DNA of 64,000 bases, from positions 65,844,001 through 65,908,000 of the forward strand of contig NC_043000.1 of assembly GCF_006345805.1 (NCBI RefSeq), in the 5' to 3' direction. Source of the DNA: Octopus sinensis (taxonomy: Eukaryota). Positions 26,917 to 40,571 of the stretch are shown in pieces. The translations under genes and the position numbers were made by a program. How positions within the stretch are numbered: position 1 is the stretch's first letter; each line of letters opens with the position of its first letter. The notes beneath the pieces are model-generated. The model did no database searches. It was not told the origin of the DNA and was given only the letters and a program-made list of their open reading frames with translations.

Positions 26917-27311
26917 TTTGGCAGCCTTCTACAACAGCTGAACAAGAAACCGACATTATATGTATCAGACAGCTAAAATACAACAGGCTAATGTAACTCG
27001 CATTCATTGTAAGCATGCGTTTAGCAAGATCTCTTAAAGGCTACTAAAGATTCAGGCTCGCTATCACTACCGTAAAATTGAAAGATAGCAAACCTCAACA
27101 TTATGGCACCCAGTTCTATAATACAGTTACACAATTTCCTATACGCTTGCATACTCACAGCAGATTATACAGATTAAATAAACAATATATCGTTACAAAA
27201 TACAGAAGTTAAAGCACAGAATATACGATTGTTAGAGTAACATACAAATGACAGTAATTAACCCTTCAAGGAAAATTAACAAAATTAAGTATCGAATGAT
27301 GCACCGAAATA

Positions 27312-28546
27312 TTGGGTTATCAAATAAATTCGTTCGTTTCTTTCCAGCTTTATTTGAATTAATACGAAATATACTCTATCGTAATGTTTTTTTTATTATT
27401 ATTGCTGTAATCTTTCTCTTTTATCGATTTTGAAATTTTAATAAATTTTACCTTTTTCTCGAACATATGGCGATGGGGAGTCAAGTAGAAATAATTAGCA
27501 TCTTCGACATCTGCTTCTATTAGCTTTTAATCAAAGTTCTAGAGCCGTTCGAGATATTTGAGCTACCTACGGAGAAGGCACTATTTCTGAAAGAACTGTA
27601 CGGAAACACAAAAATGGTTCTCACGCTTCAGGACATGGAAATTCAACTTCACAGATTCTCCGTGTTATGGCCATCTTGTCCAGTTCAATAAGGATCGATT
27701 GAACCAGCTCTTCCACGAGGATCCGCACTAAAGTGGGAATTGCCTTAGAGCGCTTGCATGACACCGTCGCCCGTCACCTTCCCTTGATGGGTAATGGCTA
27801 AAAGCTTGGTGCATGGGCTCCACATTATCTGAACAAAAGAAACAAACTCCAGCACTCCTCTATCCCCACCAGTTTGCTCATTCGACACCAGGATAATTGT
27901 GGACAAACAGAGATTTCTTTACCACATCGTCACTGTTGATGAAACATGGTGTCTTTGCATCACTATGAAGCAGAGGAAAGAATGGCTGAATCCCGACAAG
28001 CTCGCAACTCCTCGAGCCAAACTAGAGTTGTATATACGCAAGACAATGTTCTGGGTTTGGTGGGAAATGTTTGATACGAAACGTTTGAAAACAACCACAC
28101 GCTTAATGTAGAGCTTTACGTTCAGCAAATGCATCGGCTCAATGGGGTAATCCAGCTGAAACAATCTGACTGGCGACACGGCGTACTTCTTCAGTACGGC
28201 AACACTCGCTCCCACGTCGCTATTTTGACCAAAAGTATTGGGACGTTCTACCGCACCAACCGTATTCTTCTGATACAGCACCTTCAAATTCTTACTTTTT
28301 TCGTCTCTGTCCAACAGTCTGCGAAGCTTTTCCTTCAAACATGACTAAAAAGTGAAAACATGGCTCGATGAATTCTTCGAGTCAAGACTCGGTGATTTCA
28401 GCAGGTCAGGACATCGACAAGTTAGTGGAATGGTGGCAAGAAGTCGTGAACAATGAAGAAGGATATATTAACTGATTTGTTAGACTTGTTGAATTATAAT
28501 GATTAAAAGAAATGGAAAAATTCGAACAAATTTATTGACAGCCCAA
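27312..28546 (+). mobile_element. Full-length decayed mariner with TA target duplications
   Basis: TIRs tattgggttatcaaataaattcgttcg / cgaacaaatttattgacagcccaata. Remnants FLYHIVTVDETW, KQRKEWL and KTMFWVWW. Confidence 0.9.
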
Positions 28547-28902
28547 TATAACATAACAATGAACACACATGGCACAAGCACTCACTGCTTAAAACACAGT
28601 ATATCGGTCCTGAATGATAGATAAAATAGCACTCTCAAAGCCATACCTTTGAAAACAATCTGCAAAAATTCTACGGGATCAGTATACGATAACAACATAG
28701 ATGTTAATTAGATACCCACCAGAGAAACATTTGAAATATTTGAAATTCCATTGTTGAAATTGAACCTATGTATAACAAACAATAGGGGAATATAAAGCGA
28801 CAATAGAAATTGGAAAACCATCTCCTCAAACAAAGCAATCTGATTTATAGCGTGCTTTGAAAACTGGAATAGTCCTGATATTAAGAGCTAAAGCATTTAA
28901 TC

Positions 28903-31460
28903 CATAGCTTCCCAAAGTGGGTGATATCGCCCACCGGTGGGCGATTTCAACTTATAGGTAGGCGATGCGCGAATTTCTAGAAAATGGTGGGTAATCTGAG
29001 ATTTTGGTGGGCGATAAGAACGTTTTGTGGGTGACAATGAATTTTTAGAGATTAAGTCTGCATTTACTGATATCTAGGCATGCCTGGAATAAGGATGCGC
29101 TTTTATCGATTTGACTACTCATACTGTATTAAAAAAGTGGAGTTGTTTATTGATCGAATATTTTTGTCGCAGTCATTCAGATGGTTGTCATGCATACTAA
29201 AAATAGCGGCCAATTAGGCCTAGGCCTTAAATCACGCTTCACTACAAATTTTATTTTGCATAATCGTATGAAGTCCTGCGTATAGAATTCAAATTCGCAA
29301 AAATTTTCTGAAAACTCCGAAAAATAAAAAAGTTATGAGGGGTTATATGTCGTACGTAATTCTGTGGTTTCATATCAAAACACAAGTGTTATTTTCAGGA
29401 TGTTGACAAAATGTGCAGTCACGCACAAAATGGCAGCTTTGAAATCGTGTTTCTTGACTGGGTGAAAATGATAAATTTTAAACCTCTATAACTTTTTAAA
29501 AACATTTTTCTGGAAAAAGTTGAACAACTCCAACAATGTAACATGGAATGGTACATTAATGTGCTAAATTTTAAAACTTTCGATAAACTTTAATTTTTGA
29601 AATGATGGCAGCCAAACGAACTAGATCTGTATTTACTCCAGTAAAGACATGTCATCTAACTCTGCTCTATTGACTTCTTCTTCTCTTTGGGAATACCATA
29701 CTGCCTTTTTGATGCCATCCGTGGAAATTTGTTTTCACATTTTCCCTTTATTGATGATATTTCCAGTCAAGAAAATTTGTTGACTGTACAGTAGTGATTA
29801 TTTATCCTTTGGATTTATTCCCTCTCCTCAGGACTGTCAGTTACCAATGTGCCTTCTTTGCCATCAAGCATTGACCAACGAAGCAATGAAACCTTCACGC
29901 TTGAAGTATCGCTTTGATGCAAAGCATACTGACAATAAGGACAAGTTGTTGTTATACTTCTTGCAATTGAGCTCCTCTTTCAGAAAGCAAACACAAACTT
30001 TCAAGACGCTACTCCAAGAAACTAGTAAACAGGAGAATGACGGATTGATTGCATCGTACAATATTGCATTGCTTGTTGCTAAGTCTGGGAAATCTCACAC
30101 AATTGGAGAAACATTACTTCGGCCAGTTATCGAAGAGGTTTTGTCAACATCCCACTTAGTAATAGCACTATTTCTAGACGCATCGATGAAACAGCCATCG
30201 ATGTCAAACATCAGCTCATTAATATTCTCCAGAGTTCTGAATTTTCTATACAACTGGATGAGTCAACTGTTGTGGACAATTAATATTTGATGATGGTATA
30301 TATCCGGTATTTCAATGAAGACCTTCATCCTTGTGCGGAAATGCTGTTCACAGAGAAATTGCCACTTGATTCAAAAGCTGCAACTATTTTTCATACTCCC
30401 AAGTCTTTTCTTTTTGGACATAATATCCCATTCAGTAATATTCTTGCCAGTGCGTCTGATGGATCCCCTTCGATGACAGGAAGATACAGAGGTTTTTCAT
30501 CTCTCCCAAATAGTGAAATCTCTCACCAGATACTAACTACTCATTGCTTGGCACACCGGCAGCTGTTAGTGGCAAAAAATATGAATGGTAGATTGAATGA
30601 TGCGCTACAGTTAGTTATCAGGACTGAGAACAAATCGAAGTCCAGACCCTTGTCTGATTGAATTTTCCTTCAACTCTGTCTGAGAAATGACGAGGACTAT
30701 ACTAAACTCATACCATACTGATGTGCGGTGGCTATCAAAAGGAAACTGTGTTTTACGCTTTGTTGAACTGTTTCATAAAATCATCTTTCTTTGAAGATAC
30801 TCCACCATCCGCTTCATTGATGGATGCAAGGTGCGATATGATTTTTCTTTGTGATATATTCACAAAATTAAATGATTTGAATAAGTTATTACAAGGAAAC
30901 AGAAAAATTCTCGTTGATTGTAAATCATTTATCACTACCTTCATTTCGAAATTGGTGCTGTATAAGACTACCATTTCACAACGTCAATTCTATCAATTTC
31001 CACAACTTGATTCTTTAAAAGATGAATTGGCTGATGAGGATTTAACTACATATCATAACTATTTACAATCATTACTCGATAACATGGTGGAGCGAGTTCA
31101 AGATGTCATTGCGTTAAATATTCTAAATTGGTATAGCAATCCATTTGAAGTCGATGCAATCGATTGTGAGGATGATGTTCAGGAGGAATTGATAGAATTA
31201 CAAAAATGACAATGATGCCACAATGCGATAACAAGCGTAAAATTCCCAAGAATGCTTCTTCACGCCCAAGAAAAGTCTGGTTGCCTGACATAATTGAAGA
31301 CATAAATTGGAAGATATAAACTGAAGACACAGCTTTCGCTGTTGTTCATGTCCAGGAGAACCGACTTATCTGTGTCCAGAAGGATTGTCTGTGCCTCGAA
31401 ATCCAACCCTTTTTCGCAATGAAAATATCGAGGAATAAAACATTATTTTTGTCTGATATA
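28903..31460 (+). mobile_element. hAT Buster/Charlie-like transposon, left end plus transposase pseudogene
   Basis: Left end catagcttcccaaagtggg with repeated gggcgat subterminal motifs. CLLC..NEAMKPSRL, IPLSNSTISRRI, LDEST, SDGSPSMTG, THCLAHRQ, LNKLLQG, NPF, EELIELQ. Right TIR not found. Confidence 0.9.
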
Positions 31461-31829
31461 AACTACATAGCTAGAATTGGAATGTTAAAATGTATGCTAA
31501 TACATTTTAAGTCTATCAATAGCTTGGTTGTCGAAACAATATATCTTTAAAAAAATGTCATAGTGGTTTAAAATCAAATTGGGTAGAGGGACGGCACTGA
31601 AGAATAAAAAAGAAAGAATAAAGAAATAAAAACGCATAGGAATTAAAAATATCGCAAATAGAAAATAATCACCGCTAGGAAACTAAATTTAATTTTTAGA
31701 TATAATTAAATAGTAAGGGGTAAGAAGCATTTATGTTGTCACTGTCGTAATATAGAAATGCGTTCACGAAAAACGAACTAGAATAAAACGAACAAACGAG
31801 GAAGCATCTACGCGGTCATTCACCCTGCA

Positions 31830-32005
31830 GGATATAGTAGCATATTCTCCTTCAAATCACTCAGTACTATCTTGGAAATTAGGAAGTTAATGGATGTACT
31901 CCTGGATATACTATATCTGGAAAAACACGGAGAGATGACGACTGTGAAGTCTTTGAATATAGGTCTGCTCGATGAAAGTTAACTTGGAGTGAATCAATAA
32001 CAACT
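31830..32005 (+). mobile_element. SINE-like family B
   Basis: ccttcaaatcac..ctttgaatataggtctgctcgat..aataacaac. Confidence 0.55.
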
Positions 32006-32814
32006 CGGTGGAGGAAAGCCATCTTCTAGATGGAAAACTAATTAATGTCAGCTTAATTATGAGAAGGAACAAAATAAAAAATCTGATGCTTTAAAGCTTA
32101 AAGATAGCTTTATAGAAGAAGTCTGGGTTTTGCATAAAAATTATTTTTTTTGTTGATTACATTGTATTACATTTATTAAATTGTCATGAAATTTTCTATA
32201 AAATCAATTTTACATTTTTAAAATTTCGTTTTAATATTTATACACTAGTGATATTGATCATACGACGTGGATATAACTTTTAAGACTACGGATAACATCA
32301 TGTTATGTTATAGTGTTATAATAATTATAATTTTGCTGTTTTCAGATTTCATAGTGCTTTTAGATACAAAGCAATGAAATTAATCCATAATGTTTAAATA
32401 AAACTATTTATTAAATTCAAATAAATGAATAAAACAATTTCTTTTTTCTAAACTTGTAATAAATATATGTTATTAATAACAATTATACTGTTTAACTAAT
32501 AATTAATTACAAATGAACGTATTGATTATTTTCTTATAAGGTAACATGACATTTTTAGCGTGACCAAACAACCAACAATGGGTATTAATTATTAGCATTG
32601 ATTTCCACAATAAATGTAATTACATTTAGTGTTTAACTATTAAATATGTGTGAGTGTGCGTGTGTCTTAAAGAATGTGCTTCTCCGGGGGAGATGCACAC
32701 TCTAAGACGTAGAGCAGTTAATATTATAATGGACGCCGGTTTATGAGTTTACCCTTGGTTTCTTACTCATAAGGGGTTTAGCTGTACGGCGTATCTTCAG
32801 ATGTATGTAGGTAT

Positions 32815-32843
32815 CTATCTATCTGTCTATCTATCTATCTATA

Positions 32844-32920
<77 letters not shown>

Positions 32921-32945
32921 GTCTGTCTGTCTGTTTGTCTGTCTA
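32815..32945. repeat. (TATC)n/(TGTC)n microsatellite
   Basis: Direct tetranucleotide repeats. Confidence 0.95.
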
Positions 32946-32964
32946 TACACTAATATTTGATATA

Positions 32965-33175
32965 TTCAAGGCTTATAGAATCATCAGCACGCTGGACAAA
33001 ATGCTTTGCAGTATTTCGTCCTTCTTTACGTTCTGAGTTGAAATGTCGCGGAGGTCAATTTTGCTTTTCATCCTATCGGAGTCGAAAAAGGTACCAGTTG
33101 TGGTAATGTAGATGTGATCGACTTACCCACTTCGTTGAGCTTGCCAGCCTTGTGTCAAAATTTGAAACCAATATT
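32965..33175 (+). mobile_element. SINE family A
   Basis: gaatcatcagcacgctggacaaaatgc..tttacgttctgagtt..aaaatttgaaacc. Confidence 0.8.
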
Positions 33176-33234
33176 TAATATATTTAATAGAATTTTCTTT
33201 AATACAGCCTAAAAACATAACACAATGACGGCGC

Positions 33235-33830
33235 ATCTACATGGTCACTCGGTCTGATATGAATGATCGCCAAATTTCCTTTGAATCATACCCAAGCTTC
33301 TTAAAAAGTATGCATTTAATAATGTAGTCACAGGGTAGGGCTGAATCACGCGATGGCCAGAGTCGGGAGGCCTTTGATCATGGTTCTACATGGTTGGTGG
33401 GGAATGCTGACCTGGGTCACATCACTGAAAGCAATATTTAGTTTAATACGGCTTCACATTTCTCTGTTTTGACCTAAACAATGTTTATCATTAAAGTCTG
33501 CATGCAAACGACATTTACAGACGACCCACGCAACCAAAGAAAATTATACTAAATGAAACATCATTTAAACATGTATAGTCTCTTGCTGCTGTAAACACTA
33601 TACTCGCTTACTGATCAGGCCACTACATGCATAATCACTAGTCGTTCAACTTATTTCAAATAGCAGTTAAATCACTCTCATACGCAACCTATCGTCTTAT
33701 AAGAGGAATACATCACTAGACAATGTAGTTCTAGATATACAAAAAGCCGAGATGGTTGGTTAGAACTGGAATACCCTTGTTTGTTTGTATGCTTGATTAG
33801 GGCTAACATTTGGCTAAACAATAACTACAA
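33235..33830 (+). mobile_element. Two SINE-like family B copies (33235-33425 and 33610-33830)
   Basis: Both show the ccaaatttcc..gtctt..aatgtagt..ctttgatc..gctgacctggg pattern. Confidence 0.55.
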
Positions 33831-33915
33831 AATACCAAGATCTCCCTCTGAGTAGTTCGAATAATCATTAAGGAAAAATACAGAAAGCCATCTCTCTCTC
33901 TCTTTCTATATATAT

Positions 33916-33997
<82 letters not shown>

Positions 33998-33998
<1 letters not shown>

Positions 33999-34225
33999 TG
34001 TTCTTTTTACTCTTTTACTTCTTTCAGTCACTTGACTATGGCCTTACTGGAGCACCGCCTTTAGTCGAGCAAATCGACCCCAGAACTTATTCTTTGTAAG
34101 CCTAATACTTATTCTATCGGTCTCGTTTGCCGAACCGCTAGGTTACGGGGACGTAAACACACCAGCATCGGTTGTCAAGCGATGTTGGGGGGACAAACAC
34201 AGACGCACAAACATATACACACGCA
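33998..34225 (-). mobile_element. SINE family C 3' half
   Basis: Reverse complement of the 3' half of 43750-44170 (ggcggtgctccag..aagagtaaaaag). Confidence 0.85.
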
Positions 34226-34264
34226 TGCATATATATACATATATATATATATGTATTATATATA

Positions 34265-34342
<78 letters not shown>

Positions 34343-34349
34343 GTATATA

Positions 34350-34391
<42 letters not shown>

Positions 34392-34398
34392 ATATATA

Positions 34399-34459
<61 letters not shown>

Positions 34460-34460
34460 A
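34225..34460. repeat. (TA)n microsatellite
   Basis: Direct repeats. Confidence 0.95.
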
Positions 34461-34529
34461 AATGATCGTTACTAATGATAAGCCCGTAGGACTTTCTCTA
34501 TAATCGCTCTTTATACCAGTCAAATCTTC

Positions 34530-34683
34530 TGCGTGGTCGCTAACCTACACGATTTATCAACCGATTTTCCTTCAAATTAGATTTTACCTGTCTTAAGGTA
34601 AAAGATGAGATGGTTACGGTACGAATCCCTTTGATTGGCGTCTGCTTAGCCAGGTCTTACACGGGGTTAAACAACAACATCAA
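34530..34683 (+). mobile_element. SINE-like family B
   Basis: ccttcaaattag..gtctt..ggggttaaacaacaac. Confidence 0.5.
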
Positions 34684-35129
34684 CAGCACTATTTACAGAC
34701 TGGACAATGCAATAACAAAAGCACCGTGCCTATCCTCAAAGACAGAAGTGATAGGGGATGGTGGAATGTTAATTGAATTAATCATACCACTTGATTGACA
34801 TTTAGTTTATCGATTACTAAATATCGCAAGACATTTTATCCAGTGATCTATCGATTCTGTCAGTCATACCACTAATAACTGCAACAAGCAAAAATGAATA
34901 CTTTTCTGCATAGACACATAACCAGCAATATAGAAATAGGGAATTAGATCGATCCAAGTACTTGAATGGGTGGATGAAACGCAAAAGCCAACCTCAATTG
35001 GATCAGAACTCATAGTAAAAATGTTAATTAAAATACTACAGGGAATAATTTTATGTCACACAACTAATAATACAGGGTGAGTCAAAAGTCACCATACATA
35101 GGGAAAATTTTTTTTTCTAAGAAACAGTT

Positions 35130-36892
35130 CGTTTTTTTTTTGGTTTCAGCTCAGAGCTGCGGCCATGCTGATGCACCGTCGTTTTGTGCTACGCTGTTAT
35201 TACGAAGAACCTCCTCTAATATGTGGCACTTGGTGAAGAATGGAGTTTGATATAGCTACTCTCATTTGCACCTCTTGCCGTGAGGTAGGTTCATCTGGGA
35301 CTCTCGACAGGAAGATGTCCAGCTTTGATTTAAAAACCGCTACATCTACTTTGTGCAAGTTCCTCAGACTCTTTGGGAGAATATTAAAAAGTTGTGGGCC
35401 CTTGAAACCCAGGCTGTTGCAGTAGCTGGTCCTGAAGCGTGATGGAATTGCTGGGATCTTTGGCACTATGCAGTGTCATCCCGTTCTAGCATTGGTGTAG
35501 CTTACAATGCCAAAATTTGGCACAATTCCTTCCAGGATCTTCCAGACATATATTACTGCATACCTCTCCCGTCTTCTCTCCAGGGAGTAGAGTCTTAGCT
35601 GTTTCAACCTTTCCCAGTAGCTGAGCTGTTGCAAAGAGACGATCTTCTTTGTGAATCTTCTCTGGATTGCTTCAAGGTCCGCTGTTAATTTCACACTAGT
35701 GGGTGACCATAGCTGTGAGCAGTAATCCAGGCGACTGAAGACGAATGTCCACCAGAGGACCATCATGGTTTCCTTATCTCTGGTTCTGAATGTTCTTAGG
35801 ATCTATCCAGCCAGTCGTCTGCACATTGTCGCCATCCTGGTAATGTGCACTTGGAAAGGGGTATCATCACTCATGTCGGCACCCAGGTCCCTCACAGACT
35901 TAGGCTCTGGGATTGAAATTCCCTGTGGACCGAAGTATCCTGTAAGCTTGATATTCAGTTTTGAATGCTGGTAGCGCAGGGCCTGGAATTTTTCAGCATT
36001 ATACTGTATATTATTATCCTCAGCCCATCTGTAGATTGAGTCCAACTCCTGCTGTAGGTGTGCAACATCGCTGGGGTTCTGTATTTTCTGCGAGACTTTC
36101 GTATCGTCTGCATAGCTTGCCAGAGTGGCTATCCGGGCATTTGAGGGCATATCTGAGAGGGCCACTATAAAAAGCAGTGGTCCCAAGACAGTGCCCTGTG
36201 GAACACCGCTCACTATTTGTGTGTTCATAGACGTGGCTCCATTAGCCACTACTGCCTGACTCCTATCTTTCAGGAAGTCATGTAACCACACTCCAAGTTT
36301 TCCAGCAATGCCGAGGTCACGCAGTTTGTGGCATATCATACCATGATCCACCTTGTCAAAAGCTTTTGCAAAATCAAGGTAGACTACGTCCACATTTGAT
36401 TTGTTGAGTAACTGCCTCAACACCCAGTCATAATGTTGTAAGAGCTGGGTCAGGCAGCTCCTACCTGGTCGAAAACCATGCTGGGTATCACTCAGCAAGT
36501 TATTTTCCTCGAGGAATGCGATTAGTTTCTTTCTGACTATCCGTTCCATGACTTTGCTGATGTGTGAAGTCAGAGAGGTAGGCCTATAGTTTTTGGCATC
36601 TGCTCTACTTCTCCCTTTATGTATTGAGCATATTATTCCCTCCTTCAGCTTGCTTGGCAGTTTGCCATTTGTAAGAAAGCTCTGAAAGAGAATCTTGAGG
36701 GGTTTTGCCGGGACATGCTTACACGCTTTGAGGAGGATTGCTGGGAAACCATCTGGACCAGCAGATGAGTTTGTGTCCACTTCATCTATGGCTAGTAGGA
36801 CATCTTCTTCGCTAATGTCAATATATTCTATAGTAACTGCCTCGCTGGTTATAGGTGAGGTGGCAAAGAAGTCCACTGGTTCGTTCACTTGT
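35130..36892 (-). mobile_element. CR1/L2-group LINE, 5'-truncated and relatively young
   Basis: RT motifs GPDG, NYRPTSLTS, QHGFRPGRSC, YLDFAKAFDKV, GVPQGTVLGPLLF and YADDTK; 3' UTR stem-loop and A-rich tail. Confidence 0.95.
35200..36888 (-). pseudogene. LINE reverse transcriptase (563 codons in one frame, two nonsense codons)
   Basis: ORFs 35803..36888, 35476..35766 and 35200..35466 are in frame, separated only by TAG (35803-35805) and TGA (35476-35478). Confidence 0.9.
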
Positions 36893-37039
36893 CTGTTTCT
36901 TATAAAAAAAAAATTAATTGTTCTTTTGAATCACTTTGTAGTTCTGCCATTCTATCACAGAATAGTACGAAATATAATTCTCTGGCACTGTAAAACCAGT
37001 CGTTTGTGGAGTAGTTGAAACTCGTCAACTCTCTGCCTC

Positions 37040-37290
37040 AAGGCGGCAAGCTGGTAGAATCGTTAGCACGCCGGACGGAATGCCGCTAAGCAAAGTCGAC
37101 CTCGGCAGAACGTAATAACGGACGAAATGCTTAGCGGCATTTCGTCCGTCTTTACGTTCTGCCGAGATCGACTTTGCTTTTCATCCTTTTGGGGTCAATA
37201 AAATAAGTATCGGTTGAGTATCGGGGTTGATGTAATCGATTAACCCCTCCTCCAAACTTAATGGCCTTGTGCTAAAATTTGAAATCAATA
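37040..37290 (+). mobile_element. SINE family A with an internal inverted duplication
   Basis: Complete head (ggcggcaagctggtagaatcgttagc) and tail; 43-bp palindromic arms at 37088-37130 and 37137-37179. Confidence 0.85.
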
Positions 37291-38399
37291 ACTATCGGCC
37301 TCTTGTGGCTCATTCGCCATTTTTGAAGAGTACGCCTCAATATTGTCTTTTTCTAAGCATAAAATAAAGACTGCGTTCAATGAGAACCTTAAAACAGTCA
37401 TGAAGAAAACAAATTTTACCAGCCACAGGATTTCTTTCACTATCCTCGCCCTTGCCTAAAGTGATATAGGAATATTTTGTTGGAGCGAAAAAATCCTGGC
37501 CTCAATCTATTAAGCTTCCTCTATCAGCTCCGTCCCACAACTTAACTACAAAACAAACAAATCATTCACGTCCCTCCCACTCCTACATAAAGGAATGCTG
37601 CACGATTGTCTTCACAATTAGCTTCGCTTATTGGAAATAATTTGATAGTGACAAAGCACTCGACCTGTGTAGTCAATGACAGGATAATGTCACTTCATGT
37701 GAAGACTAAACAGAAAGTTCAAAATCTTTTAGTATGAAAAGATTTACAGGAAATGCAAGAATGTACCTAAGGGGAGTAAACAATTTGATAAAAGCCTGTA
37801 ACGGCAGCTAACATAGCTTTAAAATCTTGTCTATCAATATCAACGTAGCTAAATAGTTTTCATAAATAGATACATTTCATATGGCAACATACCAACACTG
37901 ATACATATAAGTTGATTTCCTTTCTCCACATTTATATCAACTTAGCCAAGGAAAATGTATGGTAAAATAAGTCATGTATTGTTAGGGAAGAATGATAAAG
38001 AAGAGAAAACTGGAAAGGCAAATTAACTCGATAGAATAGACATTTTACATAGCAAAGCAAGTAAAGTGAGATTTCTCAAATGACAATACTTAATCATTCA
38101 GTATGATAAGCAAGAACAACATAAACAATTGAGAAATACGATAATCACTAAAACAAAAACTATCCCGCATAAAGAGGCATAAGGCCACAAACGTTCGGAA
38201 TAGAAAACAATTGATTAAATCGACCGTAGTATTTGACTGGTATCAATTTTATTGACCCTGGAAGAGTGAAAAACTCATCACTGTATTATATTAGGCTGTT
38301 TCAACATTTAAACAACTCGTGCGACTGACAACACTCAAAATTATTTCAGCATGGTTTACAATCAGATAGCATTGGTTTTTATCATCCATCTAAATTGTT

Positions 38400-38612
38400 C
38401 AAAATTTTGATTTATTGGAAATAGCAGCAAATATTTTCTTCAAATCACATACCTTACTGTCTTGAAAGAATATCACATTATATAATATAGCCAGAATCGT
38501 TAGCGCATCGGGCAAAATGCTTAGCGGCATTTCGTTCGTTTTTACGTTCTGAGTTCGAATGCCACCAGGGTCGACTTTGCCTTTCGTCCTTTCGGTATCG
38601 ATAAAATAAGAT
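38400..38612 (+). mobile_element. SINE B fragment (38400-38487) followed by SINE A 5' part (38490-38612)
   Basis: gaaatagcagcaaat..; gaatcgttagcgcatcgggcaaaatgcttagcgg..gtcgactttgcc. Confidence 0.7.
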
Positions 38613-39049
38613 ACTCTATGACTAGAGAGAGAGAGAGGAAACGGAATGCCCACAGTCAAAAAGCTTTTGGATAGGATCTACAAATGTGGTGTTACTACAC
38701 CCTGTGATATCGTCGACAGTAATGTGTTGTGAGATTTCCTCTGGAGCTTATATTTTCTCTGTTAGAGTGAAACAAAACGTCGCATACCTTCCGCGTGAGA
38801 ACATAGGGTAACAAGGGCAGAGGAACGATGGAAGCCACCGCTCTAGATAGTTTCCTATGAGGAAAACAAATCAATACTCGTAAAAAGAGCGATAGACGAC
38901 CCATCTACCAACCAGAAATTCTTAAAGAAACATTAAGATATTTCTAATATGATGAACTGTTAACATACACATAAAAGAAAGGAGTAAAGACCTCCTTCGG
39001 TCACGAGTGACCATGGAATAGCACCAAGAAATTCCCTTCCGAGCCCAAG

Positions 39050-39320
39050 TCCGTATGCCTTGGGTATGTGCTGTGGTTTGATGTGATGTTCTTATTTTTA
39101 CTATATTGAAAGTACTTTACCTAGGATGTGTGCGGTGCCAGTAGTGCTATTTTCAGTATGTTATATATACTAGTTAGTCCTGGTGTTTTTGTTATGCATT
39201 TGTCTAATGCGCCTACTGTGACAGGAATTGTTTCTGTTTATATATACTAGTTAGTCCTGGTGTTTTTTGTTATGTATTTGTCTGAATATTTATTTTATCA
39301 TACCTAATGCGCCTACTTTC
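39050..39320 (-). mobile_element. R4/Dong family 1 3' fragment with a local duplication
   Basis: Reverse complement matches 40790-40990 (acaaaaacaccaggact..cacagcacatacccaaggca); a segment of about 35 bp is duplicated. Confidence 0.75.
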
Positions 39321-39329
39321 ATCTACCTT

Positions 39330-39746
39330 TCAGCAAACTGGCTAGAAGACAACACTTCCCTCTCTACCCTTATTTTCCTTTTCAAGTTAAACTTAAAGAA
39401 GTTGATCTGGGATTGGCCACCAGGCATATAAAACAGCCTTTCCTTCCCGATTAAAGAAATGCGGCGAGGGGATCTTCACGATGGCTTCAGTTAACAGCCG
39501 GATCCGACCCACACGCGACAGCAGGTGTTCGACATAATCCCACAGGTCAGCAATGTTCGGACACTAGGCGAGTGCATGCAGGACCGTCCCGTCGTCATAC
39601 GCGCATCTCGGACATGCTCGGTTGACGGCACTTCCGTGCCTGTAAAGTTCATCTTGAACAGGCAAAGCTGTCCGGTACCACTGCCAGGCTTGAGATTTTT
39701 GGAAATTATCCATCGGTTCCCGCCCGAAAGTTCTCCGGAAAATAGC

Positions 39747-39748
<2 letters not shown>
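39330..39748 (-). mobile_element. Tx1/L1-like LINE 3' fragment
   Basis: DNFQKSQAWQWYRTALPVQDELYRHGS..ACPRC..GTVLHAL*CPNIADLWDYV. Confidence 0.7.
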
Positions 39749-40026
<278 letters not shown>

Positions 40027-40558
40027 GCCTTGATGCAGTACCAGGCAGTGGCTCTCATGGCTTCTGATCTTAACTGATTGGAAGTGTTATCATGTACATT
40101 GTTTTGTCTTGGTATAAAAGATGGGCTACAGCAAATATTCTGCTTCTCAGTTGTTTGACCTTAACCAGTTGAACATGTTCCTTAGTGGCTGACGATATGT
40201 GCATCTCTGATCATGAGCAAAAGTAGTGGGGTAGCATCATAGCCATGTGTTGAGAGGGATTCTTTGGGCTTTGAATAATTCACTTCTGGAAACATGGGTG
40301 GTTCGTTCAACATCCTAAAACAACCCTTATTCAGGGACCTTTTGATCGGGATGAGTTACTCGACAAGAAGAAAATTCTAACTGGGCCCCACCTGCAAGGT
40401 CATGTGCTGTTTATCTTGATATGAGATCACCATGTTGCGCACATATGGTTGTGATGCATGTGCCTAGTGTACCCTTATCAGACAAGTAATCATGATGGGT
40501 ATGCTGGGCTTCGTATATTTTACCCCAGTGTCACTTTGATGGCACTGCTCTCTCACTC
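40027..40558 (+). mobile_element. Non-coding element of about 530 bp bounded by (AAT)n on both sides
   Basis: Starts gccttgatgcagtacc directly after (AAT)n and ends ctctctcactc followed by aataataataat. No ORF. Interspersed-repeat status is from recollection only. Confidence 0.5.
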
Positions 40559-40571
40559 AATAATAATAATA

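Noticed and set aside
32715-32805. Minus-strand CTGAAGA followed by an acgccg/cggcgt stem
   Set aside because: No GAAA or stem III after stem II.
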